A DNA stretch of 63,974 nucleotides, counting the filler, from Reclinomonas americana ATCC 50394 (Eukaryota), in the NCBI GenBank assembly GCA_048213135.1. It is 11 parts of 11 records of this genome, joined end to end, with 100 filler letters (N's around TTAATTAATTAA, not from the genome) between each part and the next. Parts side by side here need not be neighbours in the genome. Positions count along the whole stretch, not along the records: positions 50,661 to 58,333 come from AFZH01019799.1; positions 58,434 to 60,369 come from AFZH01019800.1; positions 60,470 to 62,768 come from AFZH01019808.1; positions 62,869 to 63,974 come from AFZH01019857.1; 7 more parts are not named here. One strand, written 5' to 3'. Made by a program: the position numbers and the translations under genes. The notes under the pieces were generated by a model. It was not told the origin of the DNA and did no database searches. It saw only the letters and a list, made by a program, of their open reading frames with translations. This document shows positions 50,661 to 63,809 of the stretch, piece after piece; positions within the stretch are counted from its first letter, which is position 1; the number at the start of each line of letters is the position of its first letter.

Positions 50661-53127
50661 AAAACGCGCCAATCGCGAAAACGAGTCCCGACTCCGCAAC
50701 GTGGAGTTCTTGCAGTCGGTTGTACACGTGGCTGCCGACCGCTGCCTCGCTGAAGCCGACTCTGCGCCGCTCGATATCCGCGCCACGTGGGAGGACTTGC
50801 TGCTGCTGCAGTTCCACGACATTCTTCGTTCCGTTGTCGTTGCCGCACTGCCATTGCTTCGTTCTTCTTCTCTGCTAACGCGCTCTGTCCATGCAGCTGG
50901 CTCGTCTATCGGCGAAGTCTACAACGAGGCCCGACAGCAACACTCGTCGATTGAGTGGCGTGCTGGTAACGCCACCCAATCACTGACCGCACAGCTGACC
51001 GAGTGCCTGTACACGAATGACGTGGACTCGTCCGCTTCCTCTTCCGAGGCAGTCATGTTGTTCAACTCGGTACGTGAGGTTGCAGTGAGTGTCTCGCGCT
51101 TGCGTGGCGTCAGACTCACGATTGCCGGTAATGTGCTGCTTGGCGTAGTTGGCCGTCAACCGGCTGGTGCTGCTGCGCGAAGGATCGTCGTCTGAGACAG
51201 TCAATGAGCACCTCGTGGCTGTGCCGTCGGCTGGATGGGTGCGGTGGACTCCACCGGGAGGTCAGCCGGCGTCGGATTTCATGGTCCACGCGACGTTTGC
51301 CGACGTACCAGCAACGAAGGGCCGGGAAACTCGTGGAGCCACGCTGTTGGTGGACGCGGCCACGGCGCAAGCCTCGGAGCTGGTCGGTGGCGCCACGCCC
51401 GACGAGACTGCGAAACTCGGTTTGGACGTGAGTGCCGACGGTGTCGAAGTGCGCTCCGCATTCTACACCGCGCACGTGGCCAAGAACGGGACCATCACCA
51501 GTCTGGTACGCATGCGTGCCTCACCATCTTGTTGGGGGGTCAAAGGACTTTGCACGCTTTCTCACACGCGCGGCCGCCTGCACAGTTTGACAAGCAAGGC
51601 CGACGCCAGGTGTTGCCTGCCGGCGCGGTGGCCAACCAGCTGCTGCTCTATGTGGACCATCCCATGAAGTGGTCAGCTCATTGATTTGCCTGCACGTCTG
51701 TCTACACGCGACGTCTCATGCGCGTATCTGGTGCAGGGACGCCTGGGACATTGACTCGTTCTATCAGGTGTGGATGCGGTCGTGCACGTTTCCTCCTTCC
51801 TTGCGTACCTCACATCATATGACTGGGGGGTTAGGAGCACCCGATTGCCATGTCGCGCGACGCGTGTCGTCTCGGAACGCCGTACAAGCGACGACACAGT
51901 GTCACGGTGCCGTTCCACTGCACGATCTCGCACGAGTACAATCGTCGCAAGGCAGTGATCTCGCAAGATATCGTGTTCTACGCCCACTCGCGCCGCATCG
52001 ACTTTGTCACACGCGTGCAGTGGGGACTGCAACACAAGGTACTCTTGCTGCCTGCTTGCGCGGTCGTCGGCCAGTACTGACATGTGCTGACATTGGCATT
52101 TCCGATGCAGTTGTTGCGTGTTGCCTTCCCAGTGAATGTTCACAACAGTCACGCGTCGCACGGCATCCAGTTTGGCGAGGTGCAGCGCTCGACACATGTG
52201 AACACCGAATGGGATGTTGCGCGTTTCGAGACCCCCTTCCAGAGGTATGTGTGAGAGGCTGAGCACTTTGTTTTTCCACATGTGCCCTCCTCCCTCACAT
52301 ATGAAATAATAGGTACATGGACTTGTCGGAGCACGACTATGGTGTCGCACTGATTTCGCACACCAAGTATGGTGGCGACGTGCACAACGGAGTGATGAGT
52401 CTCACTCTTATCAAGTCGGCCACCGCACCGCACGCCAATGCGGATCAGGTACTTGGCTTTGCGACTTTTTCAACTATTTTGTCCGTGACTGACAGTGGGG
52501 TGCGCAAACCAGGGACTGCACGAGTTCACGTACTCGCTGCTACCACACACTGGTGATGCGGGCTCGGCACTGGTAGCTGTTCATGCGGACGCGGCCGATT
52601 GGCTGACTGTGGTGAAGGAAACGGCAGCTGTGGACGAGGTTTGTTTGTGTGTTTTGCCAGAACGTTTTCGTCTAATGTGTGCAGTTAGTTGGTAATGCTC
52701 GTTGCGTTGCGGTGCAGGTGAACGGCGATGATAACGCCAGTGTCGCCGGGGGTCTGCTGTCAGTCAGCCCTGCTTGCATCATTGTGGATTCGATCAAGCT
52801 CCCCGAAGACGCGGCTGCTGAAAAGGTACGTGCGGCGCCTGCCCTCCCTCGCTGCACGTTACTGGGCTCACACACTGCGAATGTGTATCGTAGCGGGAAT
52901 TGATCGTGCGACTCCACGTGTCCACCGCCAGTCGGGGACGCGGCTCGTTGTCGTTTGACCCGAGTTTCCCAGTGTCATCTGTCGAGGAAGTCGACTTGTT
53001 GGAGAAGGCGGCGGGCGGCGACGGCGTTTCGCGTGTACGCGTCGCTCGCAAGGGGGGCAAGAATCGCATCGACTTTGACTACAAGCCGTTCCAGCTGCTG
53101 ACAATGCGTATTGTGTTCTCTCAGTGA
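50661..53127 (+). CDS. AMS1: GH38 cytosolic/vacuolar alpha-mannosidase (Ams1/MAN2C1-like), C-terminal half, 5'-truncated
   Basis: WEDLLLLQFHDILPGSSI (spliced), ANQLLLYVDHPMKWDAWDID, LLRVAFP, IQFGEVQRSTHVNTEWDVARFE, DLSEHDYGVALISHTKYG, HEFTYSLLPH, KPFQLLT. Confidence 0.93.
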
Positions 53128-53168
53128 ACGCTCACCGCGCAGGCAACTACAACCAGTCTTCTTCTTCT

Positions 53169-56100
53169 TTACTTTTGTTGCTGCCGATTGACGGTGATTT
53201 GAGGCAGCACAACTGAACTCGAAGACGGTGAGGTGGGGGATCCTGCAGGCGGAGGCACCAGGAGACTGCACGATGGCAGACGAATGAGTGAGACGCCGTG
53301 GATGCAGGTAACGAGGTGGTGTACGCACTCCTTCTTCGGCGGTGTACCGTGCCCGGCGATTCTCACATGCACCGGCGTTCGCGATCCACTCTGTGGCGCA
53401 CTGATTCCGGCATTGCGGCCAGATGCCGTCCGCGCGTCGGCATCCGGTCGTGGTGCACCCACTGAGAGCAGACTGCCGAGATCCACGTGCGGCGCGCCGA
53501 CTTGAGGGATTGAGCTGGCATGCATGGCCATCACGTCGGCGTTGTTGCGCAGTGCCGACTCTGTGAGACCATCCAGTTCACCTGCACGAACGCACTCAGT
53601 TTCATCCATGTGACAGCTGAATGCTGTGTCACATACGCACCATCTGCAGCGGCACCGTGCTGCAACGACGGAGTGTTGATGTATCGCGGCTCGGACGAAG
53701 CCGCGAGTCGCTGCGCTGGCGGTTGGAACTCGTCCACCGGCGGCAGCGTGAAGCTGTTTGCGGTGGCAGGAGGCGAGGCGGCTGCACTCAGAGTCGGTGT
53801 CTTGGCAAAGCGCGGAGGGCTTGGCGACGGCGATGGCGGCGACTCGAGTCGATTCGATTGTCTGCACATACACGTACACGCACGGTCGTTAGTGAGGTGA
53901 AGTGCACGTACTTAGGCACACACACTTAGTACCTGGTTGTCCGCGAAGAGCTTGCGTCGAAATCAAGGTAGCCGGCGGAGGTGATGCCGTCCACCGCCAG
54001 CTCCTGCCGCTGCTTGCTCTGCGTCAGATCGTCGTCGCCGATGCTGGAGAGATTGACATCTGTGCTGTGGCGGCGACGGTGTTTCTGGTAGGTCGGCTTC
54101 ACATCTGCGAGAGCGTGACCAGCCAGGTGTGCGTCGTCCACGGGGAGCGCCATACTCGCCCGCGTGTCCATGGTAGACGACGGAGAGCTGTTGGCGATGG
54201 GAACGAGCGATGGCGTGGCGACGGCGTGGCCTTTGGGAGACCGGTTGAAGAAACCACTGCCACGTTGTGGTGCCAGCACTGGATCGACGTAGCTTCCAGT
54301 TGATCGTCGGCGCTGTTCGAGCGGTCGCGGTGCCGGAGCCGGCAGCGACTGCAGCAGCGTGTCGGTGTGGAAGGTGACGTGACTGCGACGGAGCAAGAGT
54401 TGTGGCGGAGTCTGTGAGCTGGGACTGTTTGTGTGGTGCAGTGGTGGAGTCCGCGGCACGAATTTGCCGTAGTGCTCCGAAAACGGCATTAGAGTGGGCG
54501 TCGGTGACCCGGAAACAATCTGCCGAGGAGGTGAAATCGTGGGCGACGGTGTTCGCACGGCAGGTGGGGGATATGTGGGCTCGTCAGGGTTCGGTGCCGG
54601 TCGCCGTGGTTTCTCCACACGCACTGTCACCTCGTGCAGTCTGTGCGACAGCGAATGCTGAGTGTGTGCGGTGAAGAAGAAGATTGTGCATGCAACCGGA
54701 AAAAGACGCACAAGGTGAAGGCCAGCACCCAGTTCCTTTCACGCTCGCGTGCCAGCTCCTCGCGCTTCTTTCGCAGCCGCTCCAGCGAAGCCTCGTGCAG
54801 GTCCTGCATGCGGCGCAGGTAATCGGCCACCCGCTGGCTGACTTTGAAGCGATCGGGGTCCTGCTGGCGCTCTGCACACCGAGGAAACGAGTGAGCAATC
54901 ACACGTCCTTGTGCAAAACGAGAGTGGCAGGTGTTGCGCTCAACTGATAATGGCGTACAGTTGTCCCTGCGTCACCGCCTGCTCCACGTCCACTTGCACA
55001 GTCTGCTCGACAATGGTGCGATCCCGGTGCAGAATCTCGGCAGCGTCCTGAGAACGATGATGGAACAAGCAAGTAAGCTGACACGTTCTGTGCGTCTGTG
55101 GTGGCTGCAAACATATATAAGCACTTGTCCGAGTCTGGCATCGGTGGCACGCCTCTCGTGCGACTGCAATTGTGCATTGCGCAGACGATCACGCAAGCGG
55201 TCCATGTCGCTGGTCTGCGACAGAAGAAGCTTCTGACTCTCGTACAGCGACTGCTCCAGCTGCTGCTTCCTGCTTTCCGCATCATCGGCCAGTTTTTGCA
55301 GCTGCCCATGCACAGGAAGGTGAGAACAAACAACGGCGACACAAGGATGTGAGTACAACCCTACATACCTTGCGCTGTTCGCGGCCCGCTCCGCCAATGA
55401 CCTCCTACGCGTACACGCACATGTTAGTTGTGGCAATGCAACAAAAATGCGAGAGTGCCGACACACCTCCACCAGTTGCACCAGGGCTTGCAACTGACGC
55501 GCCGCCGGTTCCGGCGCTGTCTGCCGGTTGACGAGTTGCGATGAGCGCTTCTCGATGCTCATCCCGTCGTCCTTCCACAGCTTGGCCAGCTGGGCAAGCA
55601 TGGCAGCGACAAACGACTGCAGCTGCTCACTGCTGACAGCCTCTGGATCCGCTTCACCGCGCCGCGGTCGTCTCGTCCGAGACACATGGTCGTCGTCAGT
55701 GATGGTGATATCGGGGTCTGGTGACACGACTGGAACCGCCACTTCCACCTCCACCGGCTTGTCATCGTCCGCCGGAACCTCGGGAGGCTCTTCGACCCTC
55801 TTCGGCGGCGCCGACCTTGCTGCTGCTGTTGTGTCTGGTGGCGCCTTCGGAGCTCGATTCTTGCTCTTTCCACCCTCCTTCCGCTTCGATGGCTTCGCCT
55901 CGTCAGCGGTGCTCTCCACAACGTCGTCGACGTCCGTCGGCACAACCACAGGAACCGGGGCAGCACTCGTCGGCTGCATCGCCACTGGCGAGAGGGGCGT
56001 GTCGACGGAAAAGTCGTCGGGAAGGCCGGCCTATGAAGAGACAAACATGAGAATGCCATTGTCTTCAACAGTAGTGACTGCGCACACTGCCACTTTGCAC

Positions 56101-58140
56101 CTCGTGCAACGCATCCGCGGCGATCCGCAAATTGCTCGCCTGCCTCTCAAGTTGCGAGCGGAGCTCGGCCACCTGTTCCATCAGCGGTTGCCTGGCAGCT
56201 GCGTGTGCGCGAGTGTGAGACCAGACAGTACATGAAAGCTGCATGCGCACGTGGTGAAGAGAACGGACCAACGATCTTCTCCGTCACCTCGTCGGCGGTG
56301 GTGGACACCAGATCCTCAGCCGCCTCCTTCTGCTCACGCAGCTCGGCCAGCTCGTTGACAAGTTCTTGCACGCGAACATTGTTGGTGGAGAGTTCCGTGG
56401 CACGCTTGTCGCGCGACCGGAACTGCGGTGCATGGCTCGGCAAGGCCTGCACACAAATTCGTGTTATAGATGATACGACACGCATGTGCAGCGGTACGTC
56501 GCGACTCACATGAATAAGGGCGGCCATGGTGTCGCGAATGGTGGCCGAGGAGTGCTGCACCACCTCCTGTTGGATCTCCAGCACATGCTTGTCGAACTCC
56601 TTGAACAACTCCATCGCAAAGGCGGTGGCCTCTTTGGAGCGTTCCACGGCTTGTTCTTTGGATTTGGCGCGCATGGCCTCCAGCCGCTCGGCAGTCTGCT
56701 TGATGTCGGCCTGCAGCGCGGCATCCTCCTGCTCGCAGCCTGCAGTCAGAGGAACAAGAAGAACGAGACGTGCAAAGGCGAGAAACGCCACGAAACCGAC
56801 TCAAACACGGCCTGCTCCTGCGCCTCTTCCAACTGATCCTGCTGCTGCTGCTGTGGCGACTTGCGAAGCAGTCGTCGGCGCAGCTTGCGCTCGTGCAGCA
56901 GCAGTGCGCGGACTCGCAGAAGCTCGGCGGACAACTGCGGACTCAAGATGTCAAAACGAGTGCTTTGTTGGTCGAGGTGCAAGCAAACGAACCGCCTTGT
57001 GCTTTTCGAGTGCGATCACGTCAGCCGCCGCACGTTCCGCGAGCATCTCGTGTGCTCTCGACGCACGACCAATGGCCTCTGTGCATGACACACAAATGTG
57101 AGTAGGCGTGTGCATGACCAACATGCAACTCTGCTGGAAGCAATGAATGCGCACCGGCCTGCACTTGCGCGATGATGCCCTGGAAGGCGACAAGCATCTT
57201 ATCGACCGAGATGCGCTGGGCCTGGTTGAGTCGCTCGTCCAGTCGCCGCACCAGCTCCTCTGCTTGCATCAGACCGTCCGATGCCGAACTCAGGGAAGCT
57301 GCATTGCTCCGGTGAGTGCATGCAGAACAGCATGTCGCACACGACATCGACAGCGACTCACAGCGCGACAAGTTAATGTTGGCGGGGGGTGTGCCGGCGC
57401 GCTCCTCGCCGCGCAGCGAGGCAATCATGCTGGTAGCCACGCGCAGTCGCTCTTGGTAGCCTACTATTTCGTCCTCGGCTCGCTTCACGCGAGCGGTGAG
57501 CACAGCAAGTTGCATCTCACGCTCGGCCGCCTGTTCACGGGCTGCCTCGATCATGCGTTCCTGTGGCACATTCGCAGTGCGTGAGACTGCGTGGCCGTCG
57601 CAGACATTTCTTTCCTTCCCTACCTTGTTGGCGTACATGACTTCCAGTTCGAGGACCTTGTCTTGCAGTGCTTGATTTGTTGCAATTACATCCGACGCCT
57701 GATTCTTGCTGCGCTGCGTCAGCAGGTTCATCTGCGCAGTGATCTCCTCCAGCAATCGCCTCAGCCGGTTTTTCTCCTGCACAGCAAGCGTCACGACATG
57801 CTGCATCACCATCACTGCTGTGCTTGTATCTCACATACCGTGCGCTCTCGTCCCATTTGCGACGACAGCTCACCGGCCTTCCTCGCCAGCGCGCGCTTCT
57901 CATTCTCCAGCCGCTGCTGCTCGAGTGTCCACATCTGCGTCCGATTGTCGATCTCGCGCCGGAAGAAGTCCAGCTGCCACAAGAATTCAGCACCCTCACA
58001 CTCGTAGCGTAGGCTAGCACACTCGCCACGCAACTCGCGACGTCGCATCGTTCAACGATGCCAGCAGTTCCGCAACTCGTGGATCCTCTTGCGGCTCTGC
58101 TTCTGTGCCTGTTTTATCCCGTTTCCTCCCTCAGCCTCAC
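53169..58140 (-). CDS. Large multi-exon coiled-coil protein with Pro/Ser-rich disordered C-terminus; unknown function; 5'-truncated
   Basis: Heptad-rich E/Q/R/K exons (e.g. EKNRLRRLLEEITAQMNLL, VQELVNELAELREQKE) joined by GT-AG introns; stop at 53169-53171. Confidence 0.7.
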
Positions 58141-58146
58141 CAGCGG

Positions 58147-58247
<101 letters not shown>

Positions 58248-58471
58248 TACTACGTAGTAGTACGTCGTCGTACGTCGTCGTCGTCGTCGTCGCGTCGTCC
58301 GTACGTACGTACGACGACGGACCGGTACCGTACNNNNNNNNNNNNNNNNNNNNNNNNNNNNNNNNNNNNNNNNNNNNTTAATTAATTAANNNNNNNNNNN
58401 NNNNNNNNNNNNNNNNNNNNNNNNNNNNNNNNNACAGAAATTGAGCGACCTAACCGAGTGAAGCTGCACCT

Positions 58472-59855
58472 TCATTGCTCGGCTGCAGCTGGCGGCAGTA
58501 CTACTGCGCATACCTCGGCGTCATCGGTGGTGGGGACCACAATAAACTTGCCCAGCACGAGTCGCTCTGTTGGATCGGCAACCATCAACGCGACTTGCAA
58601 TACCAGCAAGTCCTCGGCGCCGAGCTGTAATGGTGGCTCGTCGGGCTGGAACGTCTGCACGCAAGCAGTGAGCAGAGGAGAGCACGGGCTGGCGCACGTC
58701 GCAGAAAAGCACTCACTGTGCCGGTGGGGTACTCGACTCCTGACTGTCGCGTCATCTGCGCAGAGGCCGAGGTGTCAGCAGACTGGGGCGGTTGACGAAT
58801 GGCGCAGCAGCAGTACACCACGGACCTCGATGTGGCAGCCGAGAATGCAGGAGACGGTGCGGTCGGGCGACATGCAAAAGTCCACGAGTCGGTCAATGCT
58901 GCTCACAAAGGCCGCGTGATCGCGCACGTACAGCCGCCCTGCCAGCGAGCAAGTGAGTGCGCAAGGCAAAGAGGCGTGCATCTCACCCCTTTGCGTCATC
59001 ACCTGGATACACCTGTGGGCCAAACAAAAACGAGAGGTGAGAAGAAGCAGACGAGCGAGATCAGAGAGACAAGAGAGCACAGACCACATCGCCGGTGAGC
59101 AGGATGCCAGTGCGCTCGTCAAACACAGCCACGTGCGATGGCTCGTGACCCGGAATTCCAAACAGCGTCAGTTGACGGCCACGTGCACCGCTGTCGTCGT
59201 CTGCATCCAGCCGCCACTCGACGCACTCGTCCGGCCACAATTCGTCGTCCAGACCGAAAAACGCACACACCTCCGGCACAGAGTGGCCGACCAGCACCAC
59301 ACTGGCCCAGCCGCTGCGCCGCAGGTAGTCCTCCGTCAGGAACTGCACGTCGCCCTGTGCAACACTTTCAGTGCGCGCAGCGATCGTCTTGTCACGCGCG
59401 CTGCGGAACCTGCACATGATCGTCGTGCCCGTGCGTGTGTGCCACCACCAGATGCATCGCCACTGCCTCGCCCCCGCCCACACGCTCTGCTCTCTCGTCG
59501 CGTATGCGTGTCACAGTGTCGGCAAGTGGCAGCACACTCGCATCACTGATCGGTCCCTGCATGCATGCACAACGATCGTCAGACATTGTTGTGTGTTGCG
59601 GATCCAGAGATCACTGGCGCACCGTATCGAACAGGATCGCACGGCGTGCACCAAAGAAGAGATAGAGGAAGTTTCCCTTGAGACAGGAGAGTGAGTTGTC
59701 ATTGCAGAGGTCGCGTGCTTCTCATGTTGTACCTCGTAATGCAGTCGTTTGGAGACGCGCAGAATGTATGTGTCAGTGTCGACACTGTGCACCTGCAGCA
59801 GAGGCTCGTCCGGTGCGCCGTGCACCCACTGCTGTGGCATGCTCACTGCGGCCAT
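58472..59855 (-). CDS. Metallo-beta-lactamase-fold hydrolase (bacterial-type family), spliced
   Basis: WVHGAPDEPLLQVH...YILR...YEGNFLYLFFG..RAILFDT, HTHGHDDH (HxHxDH, 59416-59439), IPGHEPSH, LLTGD..YPGRLYV, ILGCHIE. Confidence 0.88.
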
Positions 59856-60469
59856 TGTGTGCTCTTTTTCGTCGCGGACGACGGAATGGAGGGACATGGA
59901 ACGCGAGATGCAAGAGAAAAAACATCCGATGTATAAGAGCCACGTAAACAGATAGTCAGACATATATGGAGAGAAAAGAGAGGGAGAGACAAAGAGAGAG
60001 AGCAAAGGAAGACACCCAAAACCTCGCACAACTGGCGCACCGACGTCTTCACGGCCGCCACCAGTGTGCGCATTCTCTCGCACTAGCGCAACGCGAGATA
60101 CGCACCAACGAGGGGCGAAAAACCACACACCAAACACACACCGCAGACACTAAAGGACAAGAGAAACCGAGACAGGTGGCGACAGAATGATACATAAGGG
60201 AGGGGAAAAAAACACACACTTATGAGGCGGGGAAACGATGGCTGCGCGGAACCTCGAGCAAAGTCCTATCGTGGTGGAAGCGAGGCACGGCAACAACAAC
60301 AAGCAAAGGACAACAACAACAACAACAACAACAGCGACAGCGACAGAGAGCGGACTTGCACAACAACAANNNNNNNNNNNNNNNNNNNNNNNNNNNNNNN
60401 NNNNNNNNNNNNNTTAATTAATTAANNNNNNNNNNNNNNNNNNNNNNNNNNNNNNNNNNNNNNNNNNNN

Positions 60470-62398
60470 GATGGGCGGTCACTTCGTCTCGTTGCTCCTC
60501 GGTGACCAGTGGGCACTCCACGAGCTCCACCTCCCGCAACGACGCACACTGCAGCAGCGCGCTGGCGTCACGCAGACTGCTGCAGTTGGTCACGCACAGC
60601 CTCGCCAACGCCGGCTGCTGCTCCGCACCGTCGAGAGTTTGCAGCTGCCGCACACACATGTGAGTCGCGGAATAAATCACACAGACAGAAAAGAGCGCAC
60701 CTCGGACGAGTCCGCCAGCGAGAGCACCGACAGGAATGGCAGCACAGGCAGCTCGCGCAGCGACCGGTTCGTGAAGGATGCCACCACCAGCGTCTGCAGC
60801 CGAGCAACGCAATCGAGTGGCCGCTGTGGTTCGCGTGTGCGCGCCAGGTTGCTGAGGCTAAAGTGACGCTGCGCACGCACGCCATGATTACACAGCGCAC
60901 TCAAAAAAAAAAAAACGTGACACATTACAAGCAAATGTACCAGCGCGAGCAATTGCAGCGTGGTCAGCGCAAAGCCATCGTCGACGAGCGAGTCGGACGA
61001 GGGCGGAAGCCACTTGCAGCCGACGGCGCTCGGTCGGTCGAGAGTGAGCGATTGCAATCGCGGGGCGCTCAGTGGCAGCGACGCCAGACACTCCAAATCG
61101 TCCTTGATGTCGCACGTGGACAAGCTCAGAGTCAGCAGTGCCGGGAAGGCAGCCGGCACTGCAGCACACGAGTCAGGAGCGACGAAAGACAGAGGAGATA
61201 GGAAGGTTGGCTCACCGGCAAACTCGCTCATCGTGAGCAGCACACACTTGGCGAGGTGCAGCTCGGTCAGCGACGGCAGATCTGCGCAACAACGCTCAGC
61301 TCCTCGCACGTACACGCAGGCAAAAACAACAAGCACCACACGCACCAGCCAGAGGTGGCGGATCGCCAGAAGCCGATGCCGTGGTGCGATGACAGTCCTC
61401 CAGACGGAGCACTTGCAGCTGCTGGCAACCGCGGACCACTGATATCTCACAAGCATGCATGTGTCAATAACAGGCTGAACGCAAGACCAGCAGAGATGCT
61501 TTGCTCACCGAACGGCCGACCCGCAGGTGGCCGACTGCGCACAGTGAGGTGCGTCAGCGACGGCAGGCGTTCCAGTCCGTGCATGTCCAGGTTGCCGCCG
61601 ACGACCAGTGTCGAGAGGTTGGCGAGGGCGGCCAGCGCGCCCAGGTCGTCGACGCACAGCAGATCGTAGAGCACCAGCTTCTCCAGTTGCGCGCAGCAGG
61701 CCAGCAGCTGCAGCTCAGGCGCCGGCAGCAGCGACATGACGTTGAGTGAGAGCTCCCGCAGGCTGGCGACCAGTGCCAACGGTCGACAGTCGACCAGCGA
61801 TGTCGGCCTGCGACTGTGCGTGTGAGACACAGAGAGGCACAGAGGAGGGGGGGCGAGTCCAGCAAGCAAAAAGCACGCAACGCCTCAATGATGATGCTGC
61901 GCAGCTGCGTGCACAGTGCGAGGCCAAACAACGATGGTGGATCGCGCAGACACGTGATGCGCAGTGAGGAGAGGTGCGGCATGCGATGCAGCTGCACGTC
62001 GTGCAACGAGGTGTGTTGCCGCACAGAGCGCGTGTCTCCCGCCGCCACAATCTCCAAGTGCGTGCACACACGAAACTTTTCACAAGAGCACGCGCGCGCG
62101 CGCGTGTGTGCATGCATGTCAGCAACACAACGACACTCAACACGTGCGTGCATGCACGTCACGCAACTTCTGGCAGTGAGGGTCCTCCACGCAGCAATCC
62201 GCGCCAGGTGACACTCAGGCGACGCGTAAAGTGTGGTGCCTCCTCCATTGAAGGGTGAGCGAGCGCAGCATTCACACAGTCGACGCCACTCAGTGCGCGA
62301 CAGATGCCGTGCAGAATCACAGTGTTGGAGAGGATGCGCGTGGCATCTTGTGGCCATGTGCTAAAGTCGTCTTCCTCTTCCTCCTCTTCTGCGTCCAT
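60470..62398 (-). CDS. Leucine-rich-repeat protein (possible degenerate F-box-like N-terminus), 3'-truncated
   Basis: LxxLxxLxL repeats: LRELSLN, LEKLVLY, LANLSTLVV, LPSLTHLTV, LTELHLAKC, LLTLSLSTC, LARLCVTNC, LREVELVECP. Confidence 0.78.
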
Positions 62399-62496
62399 TG
62401 TTTGTTTTTTTGGAGTTTTTGAATCTTATAGACGGTTGCAGGTGTGTTCAGAAACGCATTTATGCTCTTTTGTTGTTTCTCATAGCGGTGTCCGCG

Positions 62497-62768
62497 TTAC
62501 TTGGTTGGGACTGGCGATGATGACGACGATGGCGATGCGGCGCCGGCATCGGTGAGCGTAGTGTGTGCCTCGGACAGTACTTCGGAGGCGGCCTGCTGGA
62601 TAATGTGCCATGCGTTGTCAATGTGATTGGTGTTCGACTGGCCGCCGACGGCTACGCGCAGCGTGTAGCGGTCGCCGAGCTTGGTGTGGATGATGAAAAT
62701 GGAACCTGCGATGCGGCGACACAGCTGAGGATCGACGCGCACTCGATTGACGAGGAGAAGGCGACTCA
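62497..62768 (-). CDS. C-terminus of a group II PLP-dependent (aromatic-L-amino-acid/tyrosine-type) decarboxylase
   Basis: IFIIHTKLGDRYTLRVAVGGQSNTNHIDNAWHIIQQAASEVL resembles the AADC C-terminal pattern; the rest is lost at the spacer. Confidence 0.7.
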
Positions 62769-62868
62769 NNNNNNNNNNNNNNNNNNNNNNNNNNNNNNNN
62801 NNNNNNNNNNNNTTAATTAATTAANNNNNNNNNNNNNNNNNNNNNNNNNNNNNNNNNNNNNNNNNNNN

Positions 62869-63097
62869 CTTCCTCCTCCAGCGTCACGGCGATGTCGGCA
62901 TTGGCGGAGAGCCGCACCTTGTCGCCTTCGACACCGGCGACGAAGCCCAGCTCGATGAAGTGATGATGCCCCTTGTGCTGGCCGGAGGCGTCGCTTCTCT
63001 TGAGCTTGATGCGTGCGCCCTCGATACGATCGACCGTCCCGACATGGACGCCGTCGGCGCCGATGACTTCCATGCCTTCGCTGACCTTGGCGTTCAT
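62869..63097 (-). CDS. Bacterial DUF2171-family small protein (last codons cut by spacer)
   Basis: MEVIGADGVHVGTVDRIEG.RIKL...GHHHFI..GFVAGVEGDKVRLSANA; AGGAGG Shine-Dalgarno upstream of ATG 63097. Confidence 0.88.
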
Positions 63098-63252
63098 GCG
63101 GAGTTCCTCCTGGGTTGAGACCTGTCTGTTGTGGACATTACGGCCCTGAGACGGCTCCCGCTTTGCGGGCAAGAGCCTAACCGTCGGCGCTCACGTCAGT
63201 TCCAGTTCGTTCTCGTTCAGCATATCCGGCTTCCCGCCGCCGGATGTGCATG

Positions 63253-63480
63253 TCATGTCCGGCCCAGGAAGGCCGGCATCAGGTCCTGGGCAACCATGCT
63301 CCGGGCCGCCTGGTCGGTCTGCTCGCTGCCGACCTCGTTCATCTGCTTGGCCGCATCGAACAGCAGCGCCTTGACGTCGTCGGCCGACAGCGCGCCTTTC
63401 TCCACCAGCTTGCGGACGAGGGCGCGCAGCACGAGCATGTCGATCTCGATCCGGCCCTGGCCGGGGAAGGGTTCCGTCAT
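63253..63480 (-). CDS. Bacterial hypothetical protein (75 aa)
   Basis: Intronless ORF with AGGAGG RBS 5 nt upstream of the ATG; high-GC third positions. Confidence 0.7.
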   Translation of the reverse strand: MTEPFPGQGRIEIDMLVLRALVRKLVEKGALSADDVKALLFDAAKQMNEVGSEQTDQAARSMVAQDLMPAFLGRT

Positions 63481-63527
63481 GGCGTCCTCCTGTGAGACAT
63501 CCCCCTGGCGCCGTGCAAAAGCGGGAT

Positions 63528-63809
63528 CTAGCTTCGACCTCCGCCGATCTGCTCACGCAACTCGGTGAGCGCGCGCCGCAGCCCATGGACCTGGTCCATG
63601 AGATGCAGGATCACGTCGATCCCTTCGTCATTGGCTCCGATATCGTCCTTAAGCCCGCGGATGAGATGGGCGCGCGCGATGTCGATGTCATGGAAATGCA
63701 GCTCGCCTTCCGTCTCCTGCGGAATCAGCCAGCGCTGCTCCAGCCAGAACTCCAGTACCTGCACCTGCAGTCCGGACGAGGCCAGGAACTCCTGCTTGGT
63801 CATTCTCAT
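63528..63809 (-). CDS. cbpM: Chaperone modulator CbpM-like (MerR-type HTH)
   Basis: EFWLEQRWLIP...DIARAHLIRGLKDDIGANDEGIDVILHLMDQVHGLRR; ATGA overlap with the upstream DnaJ-like gene. Confidence 0.88.
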   Translation of the reverse strand: MRMTKQEFLASSGLQVQVLEFWLEQRWLIPQETEGELHFHDIDIARAHLIRGLKDDIGANDEGIDVILHLMDQVHGLRRALTELREQIGGGRS

